Assembly (NCBI RefSeq): GCF_001447785.1
Contig: NW_015165885.1
Span: 62,001-126,000 of the forward strand
DNA length: 64,000 nucleotides
Origin: Gekko japonicus
Lineage: Eukaryota
Direction: 5' to 3'
Position 1 is the stretch's first letter; every line of letters begins with the position of its first letter. The notes beneath the pieces are model-generated. The model was given only the letters and a program-made list of their open reading frames with translations, was not told the DNA's origin and searched no databases. Made by a program: the position numbers and the translations under genes. Of this stretch, positions 62,701 to 64,000 are shown piece after piece.

Positions 62701-63565
62701 AGAAGTGGGGTATAAATGAAGTAAACAAATAAGAAAGCCAGGCAAATAAGAGTGGAAGTGTGGGAAAACAGCTGGTAGAGGAAGCAGCTTTGTTTCGTTT
62801 TATGCAATTGCTTAGATTTAGCTCATAGGCTAAAAAGCTATCAGTTCAGGCTGGCCACAGCCCATACTTAGTCCAACTTCAAAATTCTAACACTTCATTT
62901 AAATACTGGGAAGCATGATCCTCTCTTCATCAGAAACAATGACAACTGGATGTGAGAGTGAGAAGAAAGGCTAAATCACTTAGTACTTAACATAAACCAG
63001 TTCATTTTTTTGAGTATGCTCAATTAACTGCCTGCTGACAAATGTCTGCAAAATAAGACCAACATTTATCACTGAAGTATAATCACTCAGTTACACAAAG
63101 ATCTGAAGATACAAGGAGTTTCTAACCCTGAACCCAGTGACCTTTAACCTCCGGTGTGACCCAGTTGCATTTCTCTGCTTTCTGCTGTTCCACCAGCTTG
63201 ATAAACAAGCACAGGCATACTCCATAAATTTGACCATGTTGCCTTGGAAAAGTAAACTGAAGAAATACCAGAGCCAGCTATACAAATACAAAGGGGGGGG
63301 GGGACCATGTTACCACAACAAAGGAACTCCCAAGTTTTAACCCTAGTTACATGGCTCCTTTTCCCAAAACGGAAAGAAAGGAATGGCTTTGCTTTTAAAA
63401 AAATTAACCTAGCTGGAAGTGGTCAATCTTCATGCGGCTATTGTTCATCGTGCCAAAGATGGTGACGACTGAGATTTTTCTAGTTGCCATTTTGCAAAAG
63501 CTCTCCAGGTATTCATCTCTCTGTTGAACGTACATGGTGTTGTCAGTCTTGGGAGTTGTGATCAG
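47418..63565 (-). CDS. CCDC80: CCDC80 (coiled-coil domain-containing 80 / DRO1 / URB), last six coding exons; 5' part lies outside the window
   Basis: complement(join) of 63409-63565, 58969-59105, 56471-56619, 50189-50292, 48036-48116, 47418-47764. The frame is continuous. DUF4174/DUDES-type segments (FRWRRRLLVISAP, FSMLLVGKDGNVKSWYPSP) and the terminal DDYRHHESYHHGYPY* match vertebrate CCDC80. Confidence 0.97.
48036..48116 (-). CDS. CCDC80: CCDC80 exon (GLRHITVLKLLGLGDDVGGVLELYPIN)
   Basis: CAG acceptor, GTGAGG donor; 81 nt. Confidence 0.95.
48474..48651 (+). mobile_element. 5S rRNA-derived SINE fragment
   Basis: AGATCTCAGAAACTAAGTAGGGTCAGCCCTGGTTAGTATTTGGATGGGAAACCA followed by the tail GCAGGCAATGGCAAA...TTGAAAACCCT. 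Confidence 0.8.
49231..49892. mobile_element. hAT/Charlie-like non-autonomous DNA transposon hosting a nested MITE
   Basis: Termini CAGGAGTTCCCAA...TGGGGACCCCTG; degenerate 8-bp flanks CTCTAAAC / TTATAAAT. Confidence 0.65.
49475..49796. mobile_element. hAT-type MITE with a central palindrome, nested
   Basis: TIR TAGGGTTGCCAAGT...ACTTGGCAGCCCTA; perfect 8-bp TSD CCCCTCCT (49467-49474 / 49797-49804); inner hairpin at about 49565-49700. Confidence 0.9.
50189..50292 (-). CDS. CCDC80: CCDC80 exon (RFRWRRRLLVISAPSDEDWAYSQQVSALVGQVCNF)
   Basis: AAG acceptor, GTAAGT donor; 104 nt. Confidence 0.95.
51991..52312 (+). mobile_element. Possible solo LTR (Gypsy-like)
   Basis: TGTGAAG...CTTAACA imperfect termini, CCAAT boxes, TTTAAAA and then AATAAA near 52252; no clean TSD seen. 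Confidence 0.45.
55183..56440 (-). mobile_element. CR1 LINE 3' fragment (RT region to 3' end), interrupted by a MITE
   Basis: ORF 56009..56422 (PQSSVLGLVFFSIFINDLD...KFAND...FNKNKCRVLHL...EQDLGVWVDCKLNMS); CR1 terminus AGAATCATAGAG. Confidence 0.92.
55401..55692. mobile_element. hAT-type MITE nested in the CR1
   Basis: TAGGGGTGTGCA...TGCACACCCCT termini; the CR1 sequence resumes on both sides. Confidence 0.8.
56471..56619 (-). CDS. CCDC80: CCDC80 exon (QYYEVPIAMKSVFDLVDTFPSRIKDMEKQKREGIVCKDDKKQSLENFLS)
   Basis: TTTTACAG acceptor, GTATTT donor; 149 nt. Confidence 0.95.
57660..58800 (-). mobile_element. L2-like LINE fragment (3' tail and ORF2 remnant), interrupted by a MITE
   Basis: ORF 58003..58191 (VLTFKALCGLEPSYLWDRLSLYEP...TRARAFLPLAPTW); L2-like tail at about 57660-57725. 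Confidence 0.75.
58277..58698. mobile_element. GC-rich hAT-type MITE
   Basis: CAGGGGTCATTT...AAATGACCTCTG termini; perfect 8-bp TSD GCCTTCAG (58269-58276 / 58699-58706). Confidence 0.88.
58969..59105 (-). CDS. CCDC80: CCDC80 exon (DNEKPMKVIEDEDLVDQHLINELRREYGMTYNDFFMVLTDTDMRAK)
   Basis: AAG acceptor, GTAGGG donor; 137 nt. Confidence 0.95.
60213..60751. mobile_element. hAT-type MITE with internal GAGCAGAAAG / CTTTCTGCTC repeats
   Basis: TAGGGATGAGCA...TGCCCATCCGCA termini; partial TSD GCAAC(CAT/TTG). Confidence 0.7.
60825..61150 (+). mobile_element. tRNA-derived SINE interrupted by a Harbinger-like palindromic MITE (60937-61049)
   Basis: SINE head GTGTAGTGATTAGAG...GGAGACCCAGGTTCTAATTCCC and tail GGGTATAAATGAAGTAAATAAA; the insert matches 34473-34604. 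Confidence 0.75.
62333..62730 (+). mobile_element. tRNA-derived SINE carrying a tandemly duplicated Penelope-like fragment
   Basis: SINE head and tail flank two copies of a ~92-bp unit (about 62409-62499 and 62501-62591) that matches 63796-63844. Confidence 0.78.
63409..63565 (-). CDS. CCDC80: CCDC80 exon (LITTPKTDNTMYVQQRDEYLESFCKMATRKISVVTIFGTMNNSRMKIDHFQL)
   Basis: TAG acceptor, GTTAAT donor; 157 nt. Confidence 0.93.
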
Positions 63566-63793
63566 CTAGCAGATGACAAAATAACAAGACTTCAGTCATT
63601 TGATTTGAATAAAGTATTAGTATCAGAAGTAATTCACAAGTCTGACCCACAGGTCTTTTAACAATATTTATATATTAAGGCCTGGGCTACATGATATATC
63701 AGTCATTGGAACTAGCATCCCCGATGCCGTTTTCCAGCCCTGCCCCCATACCGTTTAGTAGACATATAGCTCTCAGCTAACCATTTGGATTCA

Positions 63794-63963
63794 ATAGAAC
63801 AAAGTTTGAGTTCAGTGGCACCTTTAAGACCAACGAAGTTTAATGCCTGATGAATAAGCACACAAAAGCTTATACCTAGAATTAAATTTGGTTGGTCTTA
63901 AAGGTGCCACTGGACTCAAACTTTGTTGTATTGCTTCAGACCAACACAGCTACCCACCTGAAT
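63794..63963 (+). mobile_element. Penelope-like element remnant (inverted pseudo-LTR ends)
   Basis: Inverted arms AACAAAGTTTGAGTTCAGTGGCACCTTTAAGACCAAC / GTTGGTCTTAAAGGTGCCACTGGACTCAAACTTTGTT; flanking near-TSD CCATTTGGATTCA / CCACTTGGATTCA. Confidence 0.75.
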
Positions 63964-64000
63964 CCACTTGGATTCATGTTCCTGTTGTGTGAGCAGAACA

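Overview
This window is vertebrate genomic DNA, not prokaryotic. The repeat content (Squam3-like and Sauria SINEs, 5S-derived SINEs, BovB, CR1, L2, Penelope, hAT and Harbinger MITEs) points to a squamate, probably a gecko. It holds the conserved ATG3(-) / SLC35A5(+) / CCDC80(-) block. ATG3 is complete: 12 coding exons, 313 aa, with a U12-type last intron. SLC35A5 is complete: 6 coding exons, about 430 aa, head-to-head with ATG3 across a CpG-island promoter. For CCDC80 only the last six coding exons are present; its 5' part lies beyond the window end. Exon boundaries were read by eye from GT/AG signals, frame continuity and recalled similarity to the human proteins. Most ORFs in the supplied track are spurious or derived from transposable elements. 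I cannot demonstrate a wholly new biological system. The best leads are: (i) a young chimeric SINE inserted 6 nt from an ATG3 5' splice site; (ii) an inverted pair of near-perfectly palindromic hAT MITEs in ATG3 intron 1; (iii) three MiT/TFE-type boxes in the shared ATG3/SLC35A5 promoter; (iv) an unexplained intronic CpG island in SLC35A5; (v) the minor-spliceosome intron gating the ATG3 C-terminus; (vi) a decayed Penelope-borne hammerhead ribozyme. There is a 129-nt assembly gap at 33695-33823.
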